From an uncultured Phycisphaeraceae bacterium (GTDB taxonomy: Bacteria > Planctomycetota > Phycisphaerae > Phycisphaerales > UBA1924): 64,000 nucleotides of DNA. The position numbers were made by a program, and so were the translations under genes. This document shows positions 38,802-47,683 of this stretch, one piece after another; position 1 is the stretch's first letter, and each line of letters opens with the position of its first letter. The stretch covers positions 2,812-66,811 of the forward strand of contig CAZBDZ010000009.1 of NCBI GenBank assembly GCA_964490785.1, given 5' to 3'. Under the pieces are notes generated by a model. That model saw nothing but the letters and a program-made list of their open reading frames with translations, was not told where the DNA came from and did not search any database.

Positions 38802-40064
38802 TCAGATAGCCACGGCGCCCTTCACCGGCGCGGCCCCGGTCTGCTCCACGGCGACATACTGCCGTGCCAGCCTCGGCGACAGCCGGCAGAGCATCTCGTG
38901 CGTGATCGTCCCCGCACGCTTCGCCAGCGTGGGCAGGTGATTCGGCGCGCCGCGATCCTTGCCGACGATCTCAACCGCGGCACCGATCCCCACCTGATCC
39001 TCCGGCAGGTCGGTCAGGTCCACCGTGATCTGGTCCATGCTCACGCGACCGACGAGCGGCGCGTATGCCTTCAGCCCGCCCTTCAGCGCGATGCCGACGT
39101 GCGCGGTGTTCGACAGCGCCAGCGGATACCCGTCGGCGTAACCCACCGGCACCAGCCCCAGCCGCGTCGCCCTCTCGGCGCGCCACGTCGAGCCATAGCC
39201 CACGGGCTTGCCCACCCCGATCCGCTTCACATGCACGATCTGGCTCACCCACCGCATGACGGGACGCAGGCGGGCGGCCTCGCCGGTGAACTCGAAATCC
39301 GCCGTGTCCGCGAACTCCTCGCCCGCGTAGCCGAGCAGCGCGAGCCCGACGCGCACCATCGACCGGTGAAACGCCGAGCCACGGAACGTGCCGAAGGTGT
39401 TCGCCTCGTGGACGACCACATCCTCCGGCAGCAGCCGGCGATGCTCCTCGATCCACGCGCTGAAGACCTCCCCCTGCCGGCGCGTCAGTTCGGTGCTCGA
39501 ATCCGCGCTCGCAAGGTGATTGAACACGCCCGTCAGCATCAGCCTCGGCTGCGCCCGGATCGCCTTGAGCAATCGCGCCGCCTCCTCGGGCGACGCCCCG
39601 CCGCGGGACATCCCCGTGTCGATCTCCATCTGCACCGCGAGCCGAAGCCCAAGCCGCTCGGTGATCGTGACCGCGGCGTCGAGCGTCGGCTCGTCGTGGA
39701 TCGTCAGGTGCAACTGCGCCCGCGCCGCGGCACGGTACAGCACGTCCGCCCGATCGAGATCGTGCAGCGGCATGAGCATCAGAATCGGCGCGGTGATGGC
39801 GGCGTCGACCAAGGCCCGCGCCTGCTCGGGCGAATAGACGGCGAGCATCTCCACCCCCGCGACCTGAAGACGCTTGCCGAGCCTCGCCGCGCCCAGCCCG
39901 TAGCCGTCCGCCTTCAGCACCGCGCAGATCGCGGGCTGTGTCGCCGGATTGCCCTTGCCCCCGCTCGCCGACCCTGCGATGCGGGTCGCCAACACCTGGC
40001 GGATCATCCGCACGTTGGCCGACACCGCCGGGAGGTCTACTTCGATGAAACTGCTGCTCGCCAA
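38802..40064 (-). CDS. alr: Alanine racemase
   Basis: AVLKADGYGLG (PLP Lys) and VGYADGYP. Proposed TTG start at 40064. Upstream codons of ORF 38802..40217 are REP read-through. Confidence 0.9.
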   Translation of the reverse strand: MASSSFIEVDLPAVSANVRMIRQVLATRIAGSASGGKGNPATQPAICAVLKADGYGLGAARLGKRLQVAGVEMLAVYSPEQARALVDAAITAPILMLMPLHDLDRADVLYRAAARAQLHLTIHDEPTLDAAVTITERLGLRLAVQMEIDTGMSRGGASPEEAARLLKAIRAQPRLMLTGVFNHLASADSSTELTRRQGEVFSAWIEEHRRLLPEDVVVHEANTFGTFRGSAFHRSMVRVGLALLGYAGEEFADTADFEFTGEAARLRPVMRWVSQIVHVKRIGVGKPVGYGSTWRAERATRLGLVPVGYADGYPLALSNTAHVGIALKGGLKAYAPLVGRVSMDQITVDLTDLPEDQVGIGAAVEIVGKDRGAPNHLPTLAKRAGTITHEMLCRLSPRLARQYVAVEQTGAAPVKGAVAI

Positions 40065-40079
40065 GCACCCGCTCCGCTC

Positions 40080-40218
40080 GTGGCACGGGCTTTCCAGCCC
40101 GTGCTGCCCGCCGACACGCCCTGAAAAGGGCGTGCCACCATTCCGTGGCACGGGCTTTTCGAAGAGTCGCCGTGGCGATCCAGCCCGTGCCGACACGCCT
40201 TGGAAAAGGCGTGCCACC
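40080..40218. repeat. Cluster of four REP-like hairpins (GTGGCAYG family)
   Basis: gtggcacgggctttccagcccgtgc; gacacgccctgaaaagggcgtgcc; gtggcacgggcttttcgaagagtcgccgtggcgatccagcccgtgcc; gacacgccttggaaaaggcgtgcc. Confidence 0.8.
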
Positions 40219-40492
40219 TTAACTTGTATCGGCCGACCTGCTCACCTACGATTGAGGATAGTCAGGCCGCGAGGATCAGCGGCCAGTTGGCGGGTTTCCG
40301 ACCCCCTGTGAGCGCGACCGCCCGGAAAATAGGGCGAGAACCGCGCTCCCCGCGCCCTTCAGAGGACGGCGAAAAGGTCGGTCGCGGTTCGGCGTTCGAC
40401 CCGTGCGGTTCCGTGTCGCTCCTTCCGGTTCCGGGAAAAGCGACCCGATCGACCCCCCGCCAGTTCACCTCTCGGCAGTAAGCAGCACCCCG

Positions 40493-42361
40493 ATGACGCA
40501 AGACAACCAGCCGCCCGCCCCAGACCATTCCCAACCCGTGTCCCAACCCCACGCCGAGGGCGCCCCGCCCGACGGGCAGCGGCGTCGTCGCCGTCGTCGT
40601 CGCCGCCGGGGCGCCGGAGGCGGAGGCCAGCCGAACCCCACGATCGAAGTCCAGGCAACCCAACCCGTCTCCGGCGATGGACCAGGACACCCCGTTCACC
40701 GATCGCCGTCAGACCCGGCCCATGACTCCGACACCTCTTCCTCAGGCCGGCACCGCGGTCGGCGGGGAGGTCGTCGCCGCCGTCGCAATCAAGGCGAGGG
40801 CGGACAGGTATCGCCCGGCCAGCAGCCTCAGCACCACCCGCTCAATCCGCCGCATCAGCCCCAGCGCCGCCATCCCGACGTGGAAGAGCCGGACCTCGAT
40901 GAAAACCCCGTTCAACAGCGGCCGGCGCGTGTCAAACTCCCCCCCTCGAACGAACACTGGGAGGAGATCTTCGAGGGCAAGTCCTTCGCCGAACTCGGCC
41001 TGCGGAACAGCCTCCTGAAAGGCATCGAGGCCGCCGGTTTCACGAACCCGACGAAGATCCAGTCCGAACTCATTCCCCTCGTCCTCGCGGGCAAGGACGT
41101 CCTAGGCCAGTCGCGCACCGGCACGGGCAAGACCGCCGCCTTCGGCCTCCCCCTCTACAACAACGCCCAACGCGACCTCCCCTTCCAATCGCTGATCCTT
41201 GCCCCCACCCGCGAACTCGCCATCCAGATCGCCGCCGAACTCCAGGAACTCGGCAAGTTCACACCGATCCGCGTCTCCGCCGTCTTCGGCGGGCAGGCCG
41301 TTCATACTCAGGCGCGGCACCTCGAGAAAGGGCCGGAGATCATCGTCGCCACCCCCGGCCGACTCATGGACATGGTCGAGCGCGGGCACCTGCACCTCAA
41401 CAACGTCAAGTTCGCCATTCTCGACGAAGTGGACCGCATGCTCGACATCGGCTTCCGCGACGACATCAAGAAGATCCTCGGCTCCATCAGGCACGCCCAC
41501 CAGACCGTCTTCGTCTCCGCCACCATCTCGGGCGAGATCGAGAAACTCGCGCGGCAGTTCATGAAGGACCCGGAGAAACTGGTGACCACGGGCGGGTCGC
41601 TGACGGTCTCGCTCGTCGAGCAGCACTACATCGCCGTCGAGCCGTGGGACAAGCGCTCGATGCTCCGCTACGTCCTCACCCATGAGGAGCCGGACCTCAC
41701 CGTCGTCTTCTGCCGCACCAAGCGCACCGTGGACGACCTCGCCCGCTACCTCTCCGACAAGGGCATCGACGCCCACGCGATCCACGGCGACATGTACCAG
41801 GGAAAACGCAACAGCGTCATGAAGCGCCTCCGCGAAGGGCAACTCGGCGTCCTCGTCGCCTCCGACCTCGCGGCCCGAGGCCTCGACGTCGACGGCATCT
41901 CGCACGTCGTGAACTACGACCTCCCCGAAGACCCGGAGGTCTACATCCACCGCATCGGGCGCACGGCCCGCGCCGGCCGCCGAGGCGTCGCGTGGTCGCT
42001 CGTGACCCCCGAGCAGGGCGACCTCCTCACCGCCATTGAGAAACTCGCCAACACCCACATCCCCGAGAGAAAGTACGAGGGCTTCAAGCCGGGGCCGCTG
42101 CCCAGCGACATTCGCGCACGGCGCGAACATGACCAGCAGCGCTTGGAGCAGAAACGGACAATCAACCGCGCCGCCCCGCCGACGCTCCCCGCGCCGGCCC
42201 CTTCGCAGAGCGGCAAGGTCAAGGTCGCCGTCGATCCGAGCAAGTTCCCCGGCGGGATCGTCCCGACGAAACTCCCCCCGCGAATGCTCGGAGGGCGCGT
42301 GAAAACCTCCCGCTCAATGAAGGCCGCCCCGGCCCCCGCGCCGCCGCCCCCAAATCCGTGA
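40493..42361 (+). CDS. DEAD-box ATP-dependent RNA helicase with Arg-rich low-complexity N-terminus
   Basis: Motif I AQSRTGTGKTAAF, motif II DEVD, SAT, HRIGRTARAG. Confidence 0.9.
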   Translation: MTQDNQPPAPDHSQPVSQPHAEGAPPDGQRRRRRRRRRRGAGGGGQPNPTIEVQATQPVSGDGPGHPVHRSPSDPAHDSDTSSSGRHRGRRGGRRRRRNQGEGGQVSPGQQPQHHPLNPPHQPQRRHPDVEEPDLDENPVQQRPARVKLPPSNEHWEEIFEGKSFAELGLRNSLLKGIEAAGFTNPTKIQSELIPLVLAGKDVLGQSRTGTGKTAAFGLPLYNNAQRDLPFQSLILAPTRELAIQIAAELQELGKFTPIRVSAVFGGQAVHTQARHLEKGPEIIVATPGRLMDMVERGHLHLNNVKFAILDEVDRMLDIGFRDDIKKILGSIRHAHQTVFVSATISGEIEKLARQFMKDPEKLVTTGGSLTVSLVEQHYIAVEPWDKRSMLRYVLTHEEPDLTVVFCRTKRTVDDLARYLSDKGIDAHAIHGDMYQGKRNSVMKRLREGQLGVLVASDLAARGLDVDGISHVVNYDLPEDPEVYIHRIGRTARAGRRGVAWSLVTPEQGDLLTAIEKLANTHIPERKYEGFKPGPLPSDIRARREHDQQRLEQKRTINRAAPPTLPAPAPSQSGKVKVAVDPSKFPGGIVPTKLPPRMLGGRVKTSRSMKAAPAPAPPPPNP

Positions 42362-42369
42362 GCACCCCT

Positions 42370-42522
42370 GTGCCACTGGCGGCTCGCCCGCCAGTGCCGG
42401 GGACCGGTGGCGCACCTTTCCACAGCGAGCGCCACTCGCGTACGCACTGGCTGACAAGCAGCCAGTGGCACACGGCCAGTCTCGTCCCGTGCCACTGGCG
42501 GCTCGCCCGCCAGTGCCGGGGG
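42370..42522. repeat. REP-like hairpin cluster between convergent genes
   Basis: gtgccactggcggctcgcccgccagtgccgggg occurs twice (42370-42402 and 42489-42522). These copies bracket the gtggcgc...gcgccac and cactggctgacaagcagccagtg hairpins. Confidence 0.8.
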
Positions 42523-42525
42523 CGG

Positions 42526-42891
42526 CTACTCCGTGGCGCCCCTCCCCCCTGCGGTATTGATCTCATCCAGCAGCGCCACCGCCCTTCTCAGGTGCGGGAT
42601 CACGATCGACCCGCCCACGATCAGCCCGATGCCGAGAACCTCCCAGATCTCCGCGTCGGTCGCGCCGGCCTCTTTGCACCGGATGACGTGGTACGCGATG
42701 CAGTCGTCGCACCGCAGCACCAGCGACGCGGAAAGCCCCGCGATCTCCTTGGTCTTCTCGTCCAGCGCCCCCGGCTTGTACGCCTGCGTGTCGAGCGTGA
42801 AGAACCGGTTCACCACCAGGTCCTTCTGCTCGAGGATGCGCTTGTTCATCTTCTCCCGGAACTCACGGAACTCGCTCAGTCGCCCGCTCAT
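42526..42891 (-). CDS. Carboxymuconolactone decarboxylase/AhpD-like protein
   Basis: Internal ATG 42891 overlaps the upstream stop (ATGA). CxxC motif LRCDDCIAYH. Confidence 0.8.
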   Translation of the reverse strand: MSGRLSEFREFREKMNKRILEQKDLVVNRFFTLDTQAYKPGALDEKTKEIAGLSASLVLRCDDCIAYHVIRCKEAGATDAEIWEVLGIGLIVGGSIVIPHLRRAVALLDEINTAGGRGATE

Positions 42892-44129
42892 CGCCCGCCT
42901 CCTCCGCTCAAGGCCCCGACCGCTTTCAGCCCGCGCTCCAGTTGCGCCCACCGCTGCTCGACCGACCCGGTGAACCCCACCGACAGCCTCACGAACCCCG
43001 GAGAAATGCCCGCCTTCTCCAGGTCGTCCGGGCCCAACTCGCTCGACGTGCTCGCCGCGGAGCACGACATCAGCGTATCGAAATACCCAAGGCTCACCGC
43101 CATGTATCCGAATCGCTCCTCATTCTGCAGGTGCTCCATCAGCCGCTCGGCCCGCGCCTGCGTCCCGAGGTCCACGCCGAGCAGGCCGCCCACCCCGAAT
43201 CCCTCGTTGGAGATCCGCCGGAGCAGGAGATGGTCCGGATGCTCCTTCAGCCCCGGGTACACGACGCGCAGCCCCAGCCCCGCCAGCCGCTCCGCGAAGC
43301 AATGCGCCCGCCGGGAATGCTCCGCCATCCGCAACCCCAAGTGCGGCAGCCGCGTGCTGATCGAGAACGCCACATGCGGGTCCATCGTCGGCCCCAGCAG
43401 CATCAGCGACCCGGTGTGCAGGTCCATCAGGCTCGTGATGAACTCCGTCGAGCCAACGACCGCCCCCGCGATGATGTCGCTCGCTCCGTTCATGAACTTC
43501 GTCAGGCTGTGGACCACGACATCCGCCCCCAGCCGGATCGGAGACACAATCATCGGCGTAAACGTGTTGTCCACGACCAGACGCACGCCGCGCTCCCGCG
43601 CGATCGCCGCCAGCCGGGGGATATCCGCCACGCGCAGCGTCGGGTTGCTCATCGTCTCGACATAGATCACCCGCGTGCGCGGCGTGATCGCCCGCTCGAT
43701 CGCCGCCAAGTCCCACACGTTCACGAACGATGTGGTGATCCCCGCCTTCACGGGCAGATAGTCATGGAGCAGCGCGAACGTCCCGCCGTAGACCGTGTTG
43801 CTCGCCACGACATGGTCGCCGTGCCCGCAGATCTGGAGGATCGCCCCGGAGATGGCGGCCATGCCGCTCGCCGTGCAATACCCCGCCTGCGCGCCTTCCA
43901 AGGCCGCGATCTCGCGCCCCAGCACGTACACCGTCGGGTTGAAATGCCTGCCGTACAGGTAGCAGCCGCCCTGCTCCGGCCCGAGGTGCCCGCGGAAGAT
44001 CTCGGGCATCGTCCCCGCGTGCATCACCGTGAAGGTCGTGCTCGCCTCGATGGACATGTTCACGCCGCCGTGCTCCCCGAACTCATGGCGCATGTCGGCG
44101 AAGGACTCGGCAGGATCAAACCGGTTCAT
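42888..44129 (-). CDS. PLP-dependent Cys/Met metabolism enzyme (methionine gamma-lyase / cystathionine gamma-synthase family)
   Basis: VVHSLTKFMNGASD (PLP Lys) and ETMSNPTL. Confidence 0.9.
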   Translation of the reverse strand: MNRFDPAESFADMRHEFGEHGGVNMSIEASTTFTVMHAGTMPEIFRGHLGPEQGGCYLYGRHFNPTVYVLGREIAALEGAQAGYCTASGMAAISGAILQICGHGDHVVASNTVYGGTFALLHDYLPVKAGITTSFVNVWDLAAIERAITPRTRVIYVETMSNPTLRVADIPRLAAIARERGVRLVVDNTFTPMIVSPIRLGADVVVHSLTKFMNGASDIIAGAVVGSTEFITSLMDLHTGSLMLLGPTMDPHVAFSISTRLPHLGLRMAEHSRRAHCFAERLAGLGLRVVYPGLKEHPDHLLLRRISNEGFGVGGLLGVDLGTQARAERLMEHLQNEERFGYMAVSLGYFDTLMSCSAASTSSELGPDDLEKAGISPGFVRLSVGFTGSVEQRWAQLERGLKAVGALSGGGGR

Positions 44130-44287
44130 GAACGCCTCCCTTGAAATCGGACGTGTTTATCCGAAATCATACGCGCCGCGCCGCCGCGACGCCGCCGCGC
44201 GTACCCTACTCCGGAACCCGTGTATTCCGCCGCCGGTTCATGCGCGCATAGGTGTTCCCTCTCGCGGCGCCGGGGGATCTTCGGCGA

Positions 44288-44375
44288 GTCGCCGTTTGAA
44301 AGTGGCACGCCCTTTCCAGGGCGTGGCGCGGGGGACATGGGCTGGAAAGCCCATGCCACATTCAAACTGCGACAC
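44288..44375. mobile_element. Second copy (88 bp) of the MITE-like element at 28415-28525
   Basis: Arms gtcgccgtttgaaagtggca / tgccacattcaaactgcgac. The internal sequence is identical except that the 21-nt module gtcgcctcggcgactctccga is absent. Confidence 0.7.
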
Positions 44376-44449
44376 TCTCCGCCATGCGCGCCCCGCTTTC
44401 CGTCTGCCGCCCTTGCTATACTCGTTGCCCCGTCCCAAAGGACGGCCTA

Positions 44450-44523
44450 GGGCCCGTAGCTCAGTTGGCTAGAGCGCGCCCCTGATAAGGGCGAGGTCGA
44501 ACGTTCGAATCGTTTCGGGCCCA
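44450..44523 (+). tRNA. tRNA-Ile (anticodon GAU)
   Basis: Hand-folded cloverleaf: acceptor GGGCCCG/CGGGCCC, D-arm GCTC..GAGC, anticodon stem CGCCC/GGGCG with loop CTGATAA, T-arm GAACG TTCGAAT CGTTT, discriminator A. CCA is not encoded. Confidence 0.9.
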
Positions 44524-44848
44524 TTGCACGGGTACAGAACACTTGAACCCCACCGTTCGGCGTATGGTTGGATTTCGTCCTGAATTTGGGTAATCCCGAC
44601 AGGACTGCGCCGCGGTTAACCCGGCGCGAATCGCGGATGAATCCCCGATTTCCCACGATCCGAGCGCTAATTCAGGGTTTTCACTGGATTCGGGTCATTT
44701 AGGGGTTACACTGAGAGTGCGCGGAAGGAACCCCTCCCCATCGGGAGGGCGGAGGTTCGAACGAAACGTCCCAAAACGTACCTAGGCCGGCGATTGGCGA
44801 GTCTGCTTCCCTGACTGTCATTGCGCCGGATAGGAAGGAGAGAAACAA

Positions 44849-46003
44849 GTGAGTAAGCGCTTCCTCATCGGTCTGGTCTGTGTCGCGGGTTCGGCGTCGT
44901 CGGCTCTCGCCTTGTCGAACGGCGACATCATCCTCACCAACTTCAACCTCGACGCCATCACCCTCATCTCGGATCCGGGTGGTGCGAACGCCATCAGCAA
45001 CCTGATCACCTTCAACGACATCCCCAGCGGCGGCGGCGACAACCCCGTCCGCCTCGGCGACATCACTCTCGCGCCCAACGGCGACTACTACGTCTCCGAC
45101 GGCTCAATCGTCACCGGCGACAACGACTGGGACACCTCGCGCATCATCAAGATCCAGGGGCTGCTCGGCGGCGCGCCCGTCGCGTCCAACTGGCACACCG
45201 GCGCGGGTGCCGGCGCCCTGATGAATCCCAACGGCATCCGCTACGACGAGAACTACGACGGCCTGTTCTGGGTCCAGACCCCCTTCCGCCGCACCGGCGT
45301 CGGGCAGATCGTCAACGACGGCATCTACGGCGCCCCGCTGGCCACGCCGGGCGACAACCTGTTCTTCCAGGAAGACACCACCGGCCCGCGCCCCTTCTAT
45401 GAGGCCGGCAACTACCTCGAGCGCGAGCCGGGCCAGAACTCCTACCTCGTCACGTCGCTCAACGGCGGCGTCGGCGGCGGGGCCAGCGACGGCCGCGCCT
45501 CCACCCTCTGGCGCTTCACCCCGGATATCAGCAACCCGGCCAACAGCACCATGACCCTCGTCCACGACTTCACGGGCGGCGACGCCGCCAGCACCCAGGC
45601 ACAAATCCGCGGCATCACCGCCGGCCCCAACGCGGGCGAGTACTTCATCACCAACACCAACACCGCCGGCGCCTTCGGACCCTTCGGCACGCCCGGCGTC
45701 TACCGCCTGCTCCTCGATGGGTCGGGCAACTTCCAGAGCCTCACCTTCATCACCGGGCAGGTGCTCGAACCCGAGGCCATCAAGTACAACCCCTTCCACA
45801 ACAAACTCGTCGTCGGCTCCACCATCGACCAGAACAACGACGGCGTGCCCGACGGCGGCATCTTCCAGATGGACCTCGACGGCTCAAACGTCGAACTGCT
45901 CCTCGCCAACACCCACGCACGAGGCTTCTCGATCGTCCCGACACCCGGTGCGATCTCCCTCCTCGGCCTCGGCGGCCTCGCCATGCTCCGCCGCCGCCGC
46001 TGA
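44849..46003 (+). CDS. Secreted protein with a PEP-CTERM anchor (possible beta-propeller)
   Basis: GTG start is preceded by GGAAGGAGAG. Signal peptide present. C-terminus VPTPGAISLLGLGGLAMLRRRR. Confidence 0.7.
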   Translation: MSKRFLIGLVCVAGSASSALALSNGDIILTNFNLDAITLISDPGGANAISNLITFNDIPSGGGDNPVRLGDITLAPNGDYYVSDGSIVTGDNDWDTSRIIKIQGLLGGAPVASNWHTGAGAGALMNPNGIRYDENYDGLFWVQTPFRRTGVGQIVNDGIYGAPLATPGDNLFFQEDTTGPRPFYEAGNYLEREPGQNSYLVTSLNGGVGGGASDGRASTLWRFTPDISNPANSTMTLVHDFTGGDAASTQAQIRGITAGPNAGEYFITNTNTAGAFGPFGTPGVYRLLLDGSGNFQSLTFITGQVLEPEAIKYNPFHNKLVVGSTIDQNNDGVPDGGIFQMDLDGSNVELLLANTHARGFSIVPTPGAISLLGLGGLAMLRRRR

Positions 46004-46033
46004 TTCGTCGTACACAACCCGAATGACCTCTCC

Positions 46034-46068
46034 GCGCCCCGCGAGCCTCTCGTGGGGCGCGTTTCTTT
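46034..46068 (+). terminator. Intrinsic terminator after the PEP-CTERM gene
   Basis: Stem gcgccccgcgag / ctcgtggggcgc (one G-U pair), a 3-nt loop, then gtttcttt. Confidence 0.7.
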
Positions 46069-46354
46069 CCCACCCGCCCCGGCGATCAAGCCATTCGGAA
46101 CGTCCGCGTTCCCGGATCATGCGAATGCCCCCGGAGCGTGGCGGGTGTACTTGCCGGGGGGGCGGGAATATGCCATCATTCCGCCCCCCCGCGTCCCGGC
46201 CGATGGTGGCAGGCCTTGGTGGTTTGCCGGCCTGGGAGCGAGGCGTTCACCCAGTGTCGTCGAGAGGGGTGTTGGTCCGGAGTTCCCGGCCGCATCGCTC
46301 GGCGCAGCAGGCGGGCGCGACCCAGATGGGCCGCGACCCTTGAAGGAGCAAGAC

Positions 46355-46645
46355 GTGGCCCATTCGATTTCCGCCCAGAAGCGTGTCCGCCAGAACGAGC
46401 GCCGAGCCGCCCGCAACCGGTGGCGCGAGCGCGTGCTTCGGAACGCCCTGAAGGAGTTGGCCGACAAACTGGTGCACGGCTCGTACGCCGACTGCGCCGA
46501 GCCGTTCAAGAAGGCCTGCCAGGTTCTCGATGTCACGGCTCAGAACGGGGTGATCCACAAGAACACGGCGGCGCGGAAGAAGTCCCGCCTGGCGGCGCAG
46601 ATGAAGGCCAAGAAAGCCGGAACCCACGCCGCCACGAAGCGGTGA
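46355..46645 (+). CDS. rpsT: 30S ribosomal protein S20
   Basis: GTG start after GAAGGAG. VAHSISAQKRVRQNERRAARNR... Confidence 0.9.
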   Translation: MAHSISAQKRVRQNERRAARNRWRERVLRNALKELADKLVHGSYADCAEPFKKACQVLDVTAQNGVIHKNTAARKKSRLAAQMKAKKAGTHAATKR

Positions 46646-46672
46646 TCGCGTTCCGCGGCGCGGTCCGGTACT

Positions 46673-47503
46673 GTGGCAGCGATGGCAGAGGCCCGCCGGA
46701 GTTCGGGCAGGTTCGCGGGGCGTGCGGCGTCGTCGGACGCGGGGCGCGTTGACTATGCGTTCCTCTCGACGCGACCGCTGCACATGCTCGCCTTCCTGCT
46801 GCCTTTGGTGATCCTGTACGAGGTCGGCTCCGCCGTGTATTTCGCGCGCGATCAGGCGGGGGCGGCCCGGGTGATCCGCGCGGAGAGGCTGCTTTCGTCC
46901 TTCTTCGAGTTGTTCGGCGTAGGGGGCTTGTACCTGCCGGGGTTGCTGCTGGTGGTGGTGCTTCTGATCTGGCACCTGTTGCTGCGGGACCGGTGGCGCG
47001 TGCGGGCGGGGGTGCCGATGTGGATGACGGTGGAATCGGTCTTCTGGACGCTGCCTCTCCTGGTGATCGGGCAGATGGTGTTCCGGCTGTTTCAGGCCCC
47101 GCCGCAACTCGCGGGGATGGCTTTGGCGGGCGCGGAGGATGGCGGCCGGCTGGTCGTGCTGACGAAGCCCGCGCTGGCGACGATTGCGATCGGGGCGGGG
47201 CTGTACGAGGAACTGCTCTTCCGCCTGGTGGGGATCACGGCGATCCACGCGGTGGCGGCGGACCTGCTGAGGATCAAGGACGGGCCGGCGCGGGCCGTCG
47301 CGGTGTTCGTGAGCGCCGCGGCGTTCGCGTTCTACCACGACGTGATGCTGGCGTCGGGCGGGATCGATCCCGCGAGGCTGGCGATCTTCACGCTCGCGGG
47401 GTTGTACTTCGGAACGGTGTTCGTGCTGCGCGGGTTCGGGATCGTGGTGGCGGTGCATGCGCTCTACGACCTCGCGGTGCTGGTGCTGCTCGCGCGCGCG
47501 TGA
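46673..47503 (+). CDS. CPBP-family intramembrane glutamic endopeptidase (CAAX protease-like)
   Basis: EELLFR, FAFYH and HALYD motifs in TM helices. Confidence 0.8.
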   Translation: MAAMAEARRSSGRFAGRAASSDAGRVDYAFLSTRPLHMLAFLLPLVILYEVGSAVYFARDQAGAARVIRAERLLSSFFELFGVGGLYLPGLLLVVVLLIWHLLLRDRWRVRAGVPMWMTVESVFWTLPLLVIGQMVFRLFQAPPQLAGMALAGAEDGGRLVVLTKPALATIAIGAGLYEELLFRLVGITAIHAVAADLLRIKDGPARAVAVFVSAAAFAFYHDVMLASGGIDPARLAIFTLAGLYFGTVFVLRGFGIVVAVHALYDLAVLVLLARA

Positions 47504-47683
47504 GTACTTCTCCCGTGCCGTCGGGGCGAAGTCGCGCGGGGTTCCGCTAGAATCCCGGGCCACGTTGCCGAGACGGCAGGGATCGGAGATTCCGCGGTGC
47601 AGGGCGCGAGTTGCGGAGTTGTTTGGGTCGGGTTGCCCCGTGGACCGATGAAAGGACCAATGAACGATGCAAAGGAGAGGGTC

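Noticed and set aside
44740-44775. Second tRNA or tRNA fragment (ggaggttcgaacgaaacg)
   Set aside because: There is no acceptor or anticodon arm and only about 12 nt resemble a T-arm. It is mentioned only as a weak att-like scar.
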